Assembly (NCBI GenBank): GCA_028822585.1
Contig: JAPKDL010000007.1
Span: forward strand, 4,091-68,090
Source of the DNA: Alphaproteobacteria bacterium
GTDB lineage: Bacteria > Pseudomonadota > Alphaproteobacteria > UBA8366 > GCA-2717185
Length of the DNA: 64,000 nt
Direction: 5' to 3'
Shown here: positions 37,050-46,508 of the stretch, in pieces
How positions within the stretch are numbered: position 1 is the stretch's first letter
How the letters are laid out: each line of letters begins with the position of its first letter
Notes under the pieces: model-generated
The model's database searches: none
What the model was told of the DNA's origin: nothing
The model's input: the letters and a program-made list of their open reading frames with translations, nothing else
Program-made: the position numbers and the translations under genes

Positions 37050-38174
37050 CTAATCGGCCTCCGGACCGCGTGACCATAGCCTGATGTTTTTGTAGATTCG
37101 GACATTGACGTCGGCGCGCATGCCGGGGGTCAGGTTTGGGGGTGGATTTTCCAGGGAGATGCGGACGGGGACGCGTTCTACTGACCCACCCAATTTGCGA
37201 GATCCGGCGCCTCCGCCCCCGCCGCCGCCCATTTTGGCGGTTGTGATGCTGCCAATATGACGGACGGCGCCGTAGAAGTCGCGAAACGGATACGCGTCGA
37301 GATTGATGAGCACTTCCTGGCCCACCGAGACATGGCGAATCTGGCTTTCGTCGATATTCGCTTCGATCCAGTATGATTTTGGATCGTGCAGCATCAGGAT
37401 GTTGACGCCGTCTTCAAGATATTCGCCCTTGAATTTGCGGATCGTTCCGACGACGCCGTCGATCGGGCTGGTGATGTGCCGGTAGCTCAACGCCAGTTCC
37501 TCTTTTTTGATGAGATCCTTGATCTGGTCCTGTTTGACGCCGGATATTGTTATTTTTGCGTCCAGGACATCGAGACGTTTTCGGGCGGCCGTAAGTTGAC
37601 CTCGTTCTTTTTTCGCCACGGCGATTTTTCCACTGAACAGGGATTTGGCACCGCGCAGCACTAAAATCTTGTCCTGTTCGGCGTTCAGCGTTGTTTCCGG
37701 TGTTAATTTTTTGTTGAAGAGCACGGTGACGCGGCGCAGATTTTTGCGCGCGAGCGCAAGCCGCTCTCGAATGGCTTGATGTTCGTGCTGCAACGCCCGA
37801 ATTTTTTCCCGCTGCGTTGCGAGCTTTGACGTGAGTTCCGCCTCAAAGGCGGCTTTTTCTGTCGTCAGGCTGGACTGATTGGCGATTTCAAGCGCCAAGT
37901 CGGTTTTCAAAGACTCGATATTTAATTTGATATCGTCCTGAACCAGCGTAATAAGGCGTTGGCCTTTTTTGACCGCGCCGCCTTCCTGGACCAGGACAGA
38001 ATCGATTTTCCCATCCACTTGGGCGGAAATATTGGTAAAATCGGTCTGGACGCTGGCGTTGCTTTCATAGACATGCGTGAACCAGTAAAAGACCTCATAG
38101 GACAGTAAGAGCGCCCCGCCGATCAGGCCGATGCCGATTGCAACCTTTAATTTCGCCTTAAAATCCAATATCAA
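37050..38174 (-). CDS. HlyD/EmrA-family membrane fusion protein
   Basis: N-terminal TM, ISAQVDGKI, long coiled coil, ITSPIDGVV, RVPVRI, LTPGM; TTG start. Confidence 0.9.
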   Translation of the reverse strand: MILDFKAKLKVAIGIGLIGGALLLSYEVFYWFTHVYESNASVQTDFTNISAQVDGKIDSVLVQEGGAVKKGQRLITLVQDDIKLNIESLKTDLALEIANQSSLTTEKAAFEAELTSKLATQREKIRALQHEHQAIRERLALARKNLRRVTVLFNKKLTPETTLNAEQDKILVLRGAKSLFSGKIAVAKKERGQLTAARKRLDVLDAKITISGVKQDQIKDLIKKEELALSYRHITSPIDGVVGTIRKFKGEYLEDGVNILMLHDPKSYWIEANIDESQIRHVSVGQEVLINLDAYPFRDFYGAVRHIGSITTAKMGGGGGGGAGSRKLGGSVERVPVRISLENPPPNLTPGMRADVNVRIYKNIRLWSRGPEAD

Positions 38175-38330
38175 AGTCTCTTGCGTTGGGTAGCGCGGAA
38201 CAAAACAGCCAATTTTCGCAAACAGCCATTTTAAAGGGAGCGCGCCTTCGTAATGCGATCAATTTCCGAGCAAGTCAACGACGGCGCGGTTTCAACCGCC
38301 CCGCCGCGACGGTTCTTGGGCCTGCGTTAG

Positions 38331-39590
38331 ATGGCTGTTGTAACGGCACCAGACGACAAGGCACCCGCCACGCGCGCCGTGATGGGTGCGCTGTTCCGAA
38401 ACCCGAATTACCTAGCCATTTGGTTGCTGGGCAGCCTTACCGGGTTTATTCGCTGGTTTCAACTTCTGGCGTTGGGCGTTTACACCTTTGAGATCACAGG
38501 CTCCCCGCTTTTGGTGTCGATAGTGCCAATTCTTTGGGGGTCGCCATTGGCGATTTTCGGACCGATCATTGGCGGGGTCGCCGACCGGGTTGACCGCAAA
38601 TACTTGTTGGGTGGTTCCCTCATAATGATTCTCCTGGTCGCAATAACGATGGCGTCGTTGGCGTATTCGGGAGGTTTGACGATCACGCATATCTTTGTCG
38701 CATCGGTGCTGTCGGGGTTGTTCTGGGCGACAGATATGCCAATCCGGCGGCGTCTGTTGGGCGATGTCGCGGGAGATTACATTGCCACCGCAATGAGTTT
38801 CGACGCCGCCACCAACAGTGCGACTCGTATGTTGGGCCCGCTGCTGGGTGGTGTGATGCTGCAAGTGGTGGGCATTACCGGTGTGTTCGTGCTCAGCTCA
38901 TCGGTCTATGCAATCAGTCTCTTTTTAATCTTCGTGACGAAATTACCGGCGCCGGGCGTGCGTTTGACGCAAACGGCGTTGATTCATGATTTGATCGCTG
39001 GAATCCGGTTTGTTCTGGGCAATTGGGAACTCCGCCGGGTGCTGGCGATCACCGTCGTGTTCAATGTCTGGGGTTTTCCCTTCAGCGCGATGATCCCGAT
39101 CCTGGGTAAGGAGCGACTGGGACTCGACCCGCTGCAGGTTGGGTTTTTGTCGAGCCTGGAAGGTTTTGGCGCGTTTATGGGCGCTTTGGTCGTGGCGGTG
39201 TATGCGACCCCGCCAAATTTTGCGCGCATTTTCATATGGGGCTCTGTGATCTATCTCTCTATGATCTTTTATCTTGGCGTCTTATCCCTTGTCGCAGGGG
39301 GGCCAAATCACTCGTTCATCGCCGCCGCGCTGTCTTTGACGGTCATGGGATTGGCCGGAGCCTGCTTCGGGACAATGCAGAGCGTCCTCACCTATCTTTG
39401 TGCGAAACCGGAATATCGCAGTCGGGTGTTTGGCGTGTTGGCGCTATGCATCGGCACGGGACCCCTCGGGTTTCTAAACGTCGGCTGGCTGGCCGAGATC
39501 TACGGCGTGCCAGCCGCAATGCTGATAATATCCGCCGAGGGTCTGTTCGCAATTCTTTTACTGTGGATTTATGGGGTCCTAAGCCGGTGA
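38331..39590 (+). CDS. MFS transporter
   Basis: About 12 TM segments, motif A GGVADRVDRK. Confidence 0.92.
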   Translation: MAVVTAPDDKAPATRAVMGALFRNPNYLAIWLLGSLTGFIRWFQLLALGVYTFEITGSPLLVSIVPILWGSPLAIFGPIIGGVADRVDRKYLLGGSLIMILLVAITMASLAYSGGLTITHIFVASVLSGLFWATDMPIRRRLLGDVAGDYIATAMSFDAATNSATRMLGPLLGGVMLQVVGITGVFVLSSSVYAISLFLIFVTKLPAPGVRLTQTALIHDLIAGIRFVLGNWELRRVLAITVVFNVWGFPFSAMIPILGKERLGLDPLQVGFLSSLEGFGAFMGALVVAVYATPPNFARIFIWGSVIYLSMIFYLGVLSLVAGGPNHSFIAAALSLTVMGLAGACFGTMQSVLTYLCAKPEYRSRVFGVLALCIGTGPLGFLNVGWLAEIYGVPAAMLIISAEGLFAILLLWIYGVLSR

Positions 39591-39688
39591 TGCGCCGTCG
39601 CCAATCTTAACATCCCTCAGGTAGTATCCCTACGCCTTGCATCCCTCCGTGAGGGACACTAGTTTAAATACAGTGTTGGAAATGTAGT

Positions 39689-40909
39689 TTGGAAAAACCC
39701 TTGTTAACCGGAAAGCGCGTCTTGTTGATAATTGCGGGTGGAGTCGCGGCGTTTAAGAGCCTCGATTTGATCCGCCGTCTGCGTGAACAGGGTGCCGCGG
39801 TGCGCTGTGTCTTAACGGAAGGCGGGGCAGCGTTTGTGACGCCCTTATCGGTGTCCGCATTAAGCGAGGACAAAGTCTACACGAGTCTCTTTTCGCTGAC
39901 CGATGAAGCGGAAATGGGTCATATCCAACTCTCCAGGGATGCAGACCTTCTTCTGGTCGTGCCCGCCACGGCGGATATCATGGCAAAAATGGCGGCCGGT
40001 CTCGCCACGGACTTGGCGACGACGGCGTTGCTGGCGACGGATAAGCCGGTCATGGTCGTCCCTGCGATGAACGTGCGTATGTGGGAACATGCCGCGACGC
40101 AAGCAAATGTAGCCACCTTGGAATTGCGCGGTGTGCTGCGTGTCGGCCCAGTTGAGGGCGATATGGCCTGCGGCGAATATGGCTTTGGGCGCATGGTCGA
40201 CGTGCCCGACATCGTCGCGGCTGTCTCGGCGCATTTTAAGGGCGATTCCAATCCACTTAAGGGCCGTCGCGCGATGGTGACCAGCGGGCCCACCTATGAG
40301 GCCATCGACCCCGTGCGCTATATTGCCAACAGGTCTTCGGGAAAACAGGGACACGCAATCGCCGCGGCGTTGGCGGGATTAGGCGCGCAAACAACACTCA
40401 TCAGTGGGCCGACGAAATTGCCCGACCTTGCGGGCGTGACCACCGTTCATATTGAATCCGCACGTGACATGCTGGTGGCGTGCGAAGCTGCCTTGCCGTC
40501 GGATATCGCCATCTGCGCGGCGGCTGTGTCCGATTGGCGCATGGCAAGTGAAGCGGTGCAAAAACTCAAGAAACATGGCGGCGAACCGCCCGACCTTACG
40601 TTGACGGAAAACCCTGATATTTTGAAACACCTGTCGGGCCCCGGTCCCCGGCGCCCGCAATTGGTGGTTGGCTTTGCGGCGGAAACCGAAAATGTCGTCG
40701 CCAATGCGCGGGCTAAGATCGACCGAAAAAAATGTGACTGGATCCTGGCCAATGATGTTTCACCAGATTCAGGTGTTTTTGGCGGCGATGCGAACACCAT
40801 TCACTTTATCAACGCGGACCAGGCCGAAGCTTGGCCGAAAATGAGCAAAACTGATGTGGCCGCCCGCCTCGCGGCTCGGATCGCGGCTCATCTGAATGGA
40901 AAACCATGA
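39689..40909 (+). CDS. coaBC: Bifunctional phosphopantothenoylcysteine decarboxylase/ligase
   Basis: [46 protein letters not shown]. Confidence 0.97.
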   Translation: MEKPLLTGKRVLLIIAGGVAAFKSLDLIRRLREQGAAVRCVLTEGGAAFVTPLSVSALSEDKVYTSLFSLTDEAEMGHIQLSRDADLLLVVPATADIMAKMAAGLATDLATTALLATDKPVMVVPAMNVRMWEHAATQANVATLELRGVLRVGPVEGDMACGEYGFGRMVDVPDIVAAVSAHFKGDSNPLKGRRAMVTSGPTYEAIDPVRYIANRSSGKQGHAIAAALAGLGAQTTLISGPTKLPDLAGVTTVHIESARDMLVACEAALPSDIAICAAAVSDWRMASEAVQKLKKHGGEPPDLTLTENPDILKHLSGPGPRRPQLVVGFAAETENVVANARAKIDRKKCDWILANDVSPDSGVFGGDANTIHFINADQAEAWPKMSKTDVAARLAARIAAHLNGKP

Positions 40910-41364
40910 CCATGTTTGATGTCGCTGTCTCCCGTTTGCCCCATGGCGCAGATTTGGCCTTGCCGGCGTATGCAACGCCGGGCAGCGCGGGGCTCGATCT
41001 TCTGGCGGCGATTTCGGATGATATATCGCTGGTGCCGGGATCACGCGTGTTAATGCCGACGGGCTTGGCGATTGCGTTGCCCGAAGGGTATGAGGCGCAA
41101 GTGCGGCCCCGGTCCGGTTTGGCGCTGAAAAACGGCGTCACGGTCTTGAACAGCCCCGGCACCATCGATGCGGATTACCGGGGCGAAATCGGTGTCATCT
41201 TAATTAATCACGGGGACGCGCCATTCGTTGTGACCCGGGGTATGCGAATCGCGCAACTGATCGTGGCCCCGGTGACTCAATTGTCCTGGGTGGAAACCGC
41301 CGAATTGCCGACCACGACGCGCGGGACGGGTGGATATGGCTCGACAGGAATGAAAGGAGCCTGA
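40906..41364 (+). CDS. dut: dUTP diphosphatase
   Basis: [33 protein letters not shown]. Confidence 0.98.
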   Translation: MTMFDVAVSRLPHGADLALPAYATPGSAGLDLLAAISDDISLVPGSRVLMPTGLAIALPEGYEAQVRPRSGLALKNGVTVLNSPGTIDADYRGEIGVILINHGDAPFVVTRGMRIAQLIVAPVTQLSWVETAELPTTTRGTGGYGSTGMKGA

Positions 41365-41368
41365 CGGG

Positions 41369-41824
41369 ATGCTGCGTCTGACGAAAAAACTTATCTTCGC
41401 CATCGATGCCGTTGTTGATATTGCCTATAACGCGTCGGAAGAACCGGTACAAAGCCGTGAAATCGCGCAACGTCAGGGAATTCCTCGTCGATACCTAGAA
41501 CAAGTGCTGCAACATTTGGTGCGGGCGCGCATTTTGCGGGGTGTTCGGGGGCCGCGCGGCGGCTACCGGCTGGCGCGGGAACGGCGGCGCATCTCCATTG
41601 GTGAAATCACGCGTCTGGTCGCAGAAATGGAGGGCAACACGGACCCGTTGGAGGAACCCGTTGGGTCTGAACTGGGCCGCGCGGTACTGCATCCGCTGTG
41701 GCTGGAGTTGCAAGAGGATGCAATCCTTAAACTCGACAAGGTCAGTATCGCCGAACTCTGCACGCGCGCGCAGGCGTCTGGCGTCGAATGCAATTCTGCC
41801 AACCAGTTTAATTTTATGATCTGA
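41369..41824 (+). CDS. Rrf2 family transcriptional regulator (CymR-like)
   Basis: RYLEQV, RGPRGGYRL; lacks the 3-Cys Fe-S motif; directly upstream of cysK. Confidence 0.9.
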   Translation: MLRLTKKLIFAIDAVVDIAYNASEEPVQSREIAQRQGIPRRYLEQVLQHLVRARILRGVRGPRGGYRLARERRRISIGEITRLVAEMEGNTDPLEEPVGSELGRAVLHPLWLELQEDAILKLDKVSIAELCTRAQASGVECNSANQFNFMI

Positions 41825-41882
41825 CGCCAAAAAGTGAATGAAATTCGGCTGCGAAGATATTTTTTATTACGAAACAGAAACA

Positions 41883-42839
41883 ATGAATGACGGTGCGATC
41901 AACCCAGGCCGGATTCACGACAGCATCCTGGACACTATCGGACAAACGCCAATTGTGCGGTTGTCCCGACTGGCCGCGTGGGCGAGCGTGGATGTGGAGC
42001 TTCTCGCCAAACTAGAATTCTTTAACCCCTTGAATTCGGTGAAGGATCGAATTGGTCATGCGATGATCGAGTCGATGGAGGCGAGCGGTCTTATCGGCTC
42101 AAAAACCGTGGTGATTGAACCGACGTCCGGCAACACTGGTATTGCGCTGGCATTTGTGTGTGCGGTGAAAGGCTACCGGTTGATACTGACCATGCCCGAA
42201 TCGATGTCCGTTGAACGCCGCAAAATGATTTTGATACTGGGTGCGGAAATTGAATTTACGCCGGCGAAGCTAGGGATGCGTGGCGCCATTGAGCGGGCCA
42301 ACGCCTTGAAGGAAGAAATTGGCGACGCCGTGATTCCGCAGCAATTTAGTAATCCTGCCAATCCGGCGGTGCATCGGAACACAACGGCGGAAGAAATCTG
42401 GCGCGACACGGGCGGTCATCTGGATATGATGGTTGCAGGCGTTGGCACCGGCGGCACGTTGACCGGATGCGCATCGGTGTTGAAGTCCCGTTTGCCGGAT
42501 TTTCGTGTGGTTGCGATAGAGCCTGAAGACAGCGCTGTTTTGTCCGGCGGTTTTGCCGGGCCCAATAAAATCGAGGGGATTGGCGCCGGATTTGTGCCGG
42601 ACAATCTGGATGTTTCATTGATTGACGAGGTGATTTCCATCGCTAATGAAACCGCGTTTGAAACGGCGCGCACTCTGGCCAAACTTGAAGGTATTCCCGC
42701 TGGAATTTCATCCGGCGCGGCGACGGCGGGAGCATTGGAAGTGGCGGAACGGCCGGAAATGAAGGGCAAGCGGATCCTGATTATCATTCCGTCCTTTGCC
42801 GAGCGCTACTTGTCCACAGCTCTATTCGACGGCATATAA
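41883..42839 (+). CDS. cysK: Cysteine synthase A
   Basis: SVKDRIG (PLP Lys), EPTSGNTG, GVGTGGT, ERYLST. Confidence 0.96.
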   Translation: MNDGAINPGRIHDSILDTIGQTPIVRLSRLAAWASVDVELLAKLEFFNPLNSVKDRIGHAMIESMEASGLIGSKTVVIEPTSGNTGIALAFVCAVKGYRLILTMPESMSVERRKMILILGAEIEFTPAKLGMRGAIERANALKEEIGDAVIPQQFSNPANPAVHRNTTAEEIWRDTGGHLDMMVAGVGTGGTLTGCASVLKSRLPDFRVVAIEPEDSAVLSGGFAGPNKIEGIGAGFVPDNLDVSLIDEVISIANETAFETARTLAKLEGIPAGISSGAATAGALEVAERPEMKGKRILIIIPSFAERYLSTALFDGI

Positions 42840-42878
42840 CAATTTAGGTTTGCATCCCTTACCAGGAGGCCACACGCG

Positions 42879-43697
42879 ATGACGGTGATCGATTCCGATA
42901 CAATTACTGACGATCAACTGATGCGCTATGCGCGTCACGTCATCCTTGACGAGGTTGGCGAGGTGGGCCAGGCTAAGTTATTGCGGTCCAAGGTCCTCGT
43001 CATTGGAGCCGGGGGGCTGGGGTCACCAGTGTTGATGTATCTGGCGGCGGCGGGCGTTGGGACCATTGGCGTGGTCGATTTCGATGTGGTGGATTTAACG
43101 AATTTACAGCGCCAAATCGTCCACACAACGGAGTCCGTGGATATGGCGAAGGTGGAAAGCGCGGCGGCGACGATTGCTGCGATTAACCCAGAAATTAGGT
43201 TTAATGCCCATAATATTAAGCTTACCACGGAAAATGCTGCGTCTCTTATTGCAGACTATGACATTGTTGCCGATGGCAGCGATAATTTTGAGACGCGCTA
43301 CCTGGTTAACGACACCTGTTTCTTCCTGAAAAAAACCTTGGTGTCCGGCGCGTTGCTGCGGTTTGAAGGGCAACTATCAGTGTTCAAGCCCCACGCAGGC
43401 GACGACAACCCGTGTTATCGATGCCTGTTTCCCAGCCCGCCGCCGCCCGGTATGACGCCGCGTTGCGAAACAGCGGGCATCTTTGGCGCGATCGCGGGCG
43501 TCGTCGGCACGATGCAGGCGAGCGAAGTTTTGAAAGAGATGCTGGGATTGGGTCAAAGCCTGTCGGGAACCCTGGTGTTGTACGATGCGTTGAACACGAC
43601 GTTCCGCAAAATAAAAATCCCTTCCGACCCCGGCTGTCCTTTATGCGGCGATCAGCCCTCAATCACCGTCGCAATCACTACTTCTCCTTCGAATTAA
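42879..43697 (+). CDS. moeB: MoeB/ThiF family adenylyltransferase
   Basis: RYARH, GAGGLGS, NLQRQ, CYRC and CPLC zinc motifs. Confidence 0.9.
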   Translation: MTVIDSDTITDDQLMRYARHVILDEVGEVGQAKLLRSKVLVIGAGGLGSPVLMYLAAAGVGTIGVVDFDVVDLTNLQRQIVHTTESVDMAKVESAAATIAAINPEIRFNAHNIKLTTENAASLIADYDIVADGSDNFETRYLVNDTCFFLKKTLVSGALLRFEGQLSVFKPHAGDDNPCYRCLFPSPPPPGMTPRCETAGIFGAIAGVVGTMQASEVLKEMLGLGQSLSGTLVLYDALNTTFRKIKIPSDPGCPLCGDQPSITVAITTSPSN

Positions 43698-43713
43698 GTG
43701 CATCATTACGGAA

Positions 43714-44700
43714 TTAAAACATTGTTTCGATAACGCGATCGGGTGGTTTGTGGCCATCGATGAAGGTTTTAATGTTGATGATGACCTTTTCACCCATGGC
43801 AAGGCGCCCTTCGATGGTGGCGGAGCCCATATGCGGCAGCAACACCACATTATCCAGATTTAAAAGCTTCGGATTGATCGCCGGTTCGTGTTCGTAAACA
43901 TCGAGCCCGGCGCCCGCGACCTGACCATTGCCCAATAGGGTCGCCAGCGTGTTTTCATCGATCACTTCGCCCCGGCTGGTGTTGACGATGAAAGCGCCGG
44001 TTTTCATCAATTCCAGCCGCCGTTTCGACAACAAATGATAGGTGGCGGGCGTGTGCGGACAATTGACGGAAATAATATCCATACGGGACAGCATCTGGTC
44101 GAGACTGTCCCAATAGGTTGCCTCTAATTCGCGTTCGATGTCTGGATGCACCGCTTTGCGGTTGTGGTAGTGAATGGACAGGCCAAAGCCGCGCGCGCGG
44201 CGCGCCACCGCTTGACCGATTCGGCCCATACCAATTATGCCCAGACGTTTGCCCCAGATGCGATGGCCCAACATCGACACCGGTCCCCATCCGTCCCATT
44301 TTCCGGACCGCACCAATCGCTCGCCTTCGGTTAAACGGCGCGGCACTGCCAGGATCAGCGCCATGGTCATATCGGCGGTGTCTTCAGTCAGCACGCCAGG
44401 GGTGTTGGTGACGGTAATTTTTCGCTCATGCGCGGCGCGCAGGTCGATATGGTCTACCCCGGTCCCAAAAGACGCAATCAGTTTCAGCTGGTCGCCCGCG
44501 GCTTGAATGACGTCCCGGTCGATAATGTCGGTGACCGTCGGGGTTAGGACTTCTGCCCTTTCCGCGGCGTTGATCAAATCCACTTTCGACATTGGCGTAT
44601 CGTCCAGATTAAGCTGGGTGTCGAACAGTTCCATCATCCGAGTTTCGACGGCATCGGGCAGTTTTCGGGTGACGATGATCCGAGGTTTAGTCGCGTTCAT
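43714..44700 (-). CDS. D-isomer 2-hydroxyacid (glyoxylate/glycerate) dehydrogenase
   Basis: GTGVDHID, NTPGVLT, GMGRIG, NTSRG, LDVYEHEP, PHMGSAT. Confidence 0.95.
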   Translation of the reverse strand: MNATKPRIIVTRKLPDAVETRMMELFDTQLNLDDTPMSKVDLINAAERAEVLTPTVTDIIDRDVIQAAGDQLKLIASFGTGVDHIDLRAAHERKITVTNTPGVLTEDTADMTMALILAVPRRLTEGERLVRSGKWDGWGPVSMLGHRIWGKRLGIIGMGRIGQAVARRARGFGLSIHYHNRKAVHPDIERELEATYWDSLDQMLSRMDIISVNCPHTPATYHLLSKRRLELMKTGAFIVNTSRGEVIDENTLATLLGNGQVAGAGLDVYEHEPAINPKLLNLDNVVLLPHMGSATIEGRLAMGEKVIINIKTFIDGHKPPDRVIETMF

Positions 44701-44875
44701 GCACATTTCCTATCGCTTGTCCTACCGCTAGCGTAGAATACTAGCAGCGCCTTTTTCAGTCGTATAAATCCAGGCCTATAATATAGACTATGTGCGCGAA
44801 TGTCCCGTCTTGACCGGCTGTTGTCCGCGCTCTCTAATTGCGCAAAATGTTATGATAAGGTGTTTGGTCTATCTC

Positions 44876-45412
44876 ATGCGAATTTTAAGACTCTTCGGGT
44901 TGCTTGCAATTGTGGTGTCGGTGATCGTCACCGGCGCGCCCGATGTGACGCTAGTGACGACGGTCAAGGCTGCGCCGAATTCAGCTAAACCGTCGCGAAC
45001 GGGGCTGAAATTGCCTCGATTCGTCTCGTTGCGCGCGGATGAAGTCAATGTGCGCGCGGGTCCCGGCGTTCGCTATCCGGTGAAATGGGTGTTCGTGCAG
45101 CGAAACCTGCCGGTGGAAATCACCGCGGAATACGAAACCTGGCGGAAAGTGCGCGATTCGACCGGCGCGGAAGGCTGGGTGCATCGCGCCATGTTATTCG
45201 GTCGCCGAAATGTCCTCGTCATTGATAAACAAGCCACGATGCGCCGACAGCCCCAAGACGATTCGCCCGCCATCGCGCGGCTTAATCCGGGCATGGTCGT
45301 ACGACTGGAAAAATGTGGCGCCATCTGGTGCAATGTTTCCGTGCAGGGATATGAAGGCTGGCTGCGCCGCGCGGAAGTGTGGGGCTTGTATCTGGACGAA
45401 CAGTCTAAGTAA
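44876..45412 (+). CDS. Secreted bacterial SH3 domain protein
   Basis: Signal peptide; LPRFVSL...NVRAGPG; two SH3_4-like repeats ending EVWG. Confidence 0.88.
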   Translation: MRILRLFGLLAIVVSVIVTGAPDVTLVTTVKAAPNSAKPSRTGLKLPRFVSLRADEVNVRAGPGVRYPVKWVFVQRNLPVEITAEYETWRKVRDSTGAEGWVHRAMLFGRRNVLVIDKQATMRRQPQDDSPAIARLNPGMVVRLEKCGAIWCNVSVQGYEGWLRRAEVWGLYLDEQSK

Positions 45413-45415
45413 GGC

Positions 45416-46399
45416 TCAACAGCGCAAGCGCCAGAGCAACGCCGCGACTGTTAGGGTCGCAGCGCCCAGCGCCAGCCAGGGCCACGTCAGGGCCGCAACC
45501 GCCAACGCCATTAACACCAAATTTCCCACCAGAATTGTCAAGCTGACCTGGGCGTGGCTTTTGCCGCTTTGGACGGCGCGTTGATAAAAATGTTCACGGT
45601 GGGCGTGCAATATTTTTTCCCCGCGCAGCGCCCGCTTTCCCAACGTGATGGTGGCGTCAGCAAGGTAATAGAGCGGCAGGATCAACGCCGACGCCCACAG
45701 CCCGGCGGCGGCCATGTCCAGTAAAACCCACCCCAACATAAACCCGAGGGGCACGCTGCCGACATCACCTAAAAATACCTTCGCCGGGTTCCAGTTCCAG
45801 ATCAGAAACCCCAGCGCGGCGGCGGCGATAGTCACGCCGTAGACAGGGGCGGGCAGGTCGAGGTTGGGTGCCAGAAATGCGATCAGCGCCGCGCCGGCGC
45901 CGACGCAGGCGGTCTCGACGCCGGAAATACCGTCGATTCCATCCATGAAATTGAACAGATTGACGAACCAGACCCATCCCACCGCAGCGATCAATGCGTC
46001 CAGCCAGCTTGGAAAAACCCCCTGGAAGAACAGTCCGTCCCCTTGTAGCGAGGCAATGCCCGCCGCGACCGCTAGGCATTGCGCGGCGAGCCGGGTCAAG
46101 GGCGGCAGGGACCGCAAGTCATCAATCCAGGACACCGCCGCCAACCCGGCTGCCGCGGCCAACACCACGCCCAGCCAGATGTCGCCGGTCTCATACGCGC
46201 GCCATCCCCATAACACGGTGATTACAATCACCACGGCCCCGCCGCCGCCGCGTGGTGTGGGAATGGTGTGGCTGGACCGTTTGTTGGGCTGGTCCAGAAC
46301 GGCCCAACGACGCAGCATTAAAATCAATACGCCAACGCCGCCAATGGCGCCAAACAAGGCGAACAGGGCGTAAAGGGTGAGGGCGGTGTTTGTCATCAT
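45416..46399 (-). CDS. MraY/WecA-like polyprenyl-phosphate N-acetylhexosamine-1-phosphate transferase
   Basis: RSSH..PTPRGGG, IDD, NFMDGIDG, FLGDVGS, AHREHFYQR. Confidence 0.92.
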   Translation of the reverse strand: MMTNTALTLYALFALFGAIGGVGVLILMLRRWAVLDQPNKRSSHTIPTPRGGGGAVVIVITVLWGWRAYETGDIWLGVVLAAAAGLAAVSWIDDLRSLPPLTRLAAQCLAVAAGIASLQGDGLFFQGVFPSWLDALIAAVGWVWFVNLFNFMDGIDGISGVETACVGAGAALIAFLAPNLDLPAPVYGVTIAAAALGFLIWNWNPAKVFLGDVGSVPLGFMLGWVLLDMAAAGLWASALILPLYYLADATITLGKRALRGEKILHAHREHFYQRAVQSGKSHAQVSLTILVGNLVLMALAVAALTWPWLALGAATLTVAALLWRLRC

Positions 46400-46508
46400 A
46401 TCTTTATGGTCGAACGGTGAACCGCGTTTACCCAAACGTCCAGATGGCGTCGCCCGAGTTGTTCCCTTTTCTTGATAACGGCTATAACCTGCCCTCCCTG
46501 TAGGTGGT

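Noticed and set aside
39612-39657. Three ATCCCT hexamers spaced 14-15 nt upstream of coaBC
   Set aside because: Too short and irregular to call an operator or array without comparative data.
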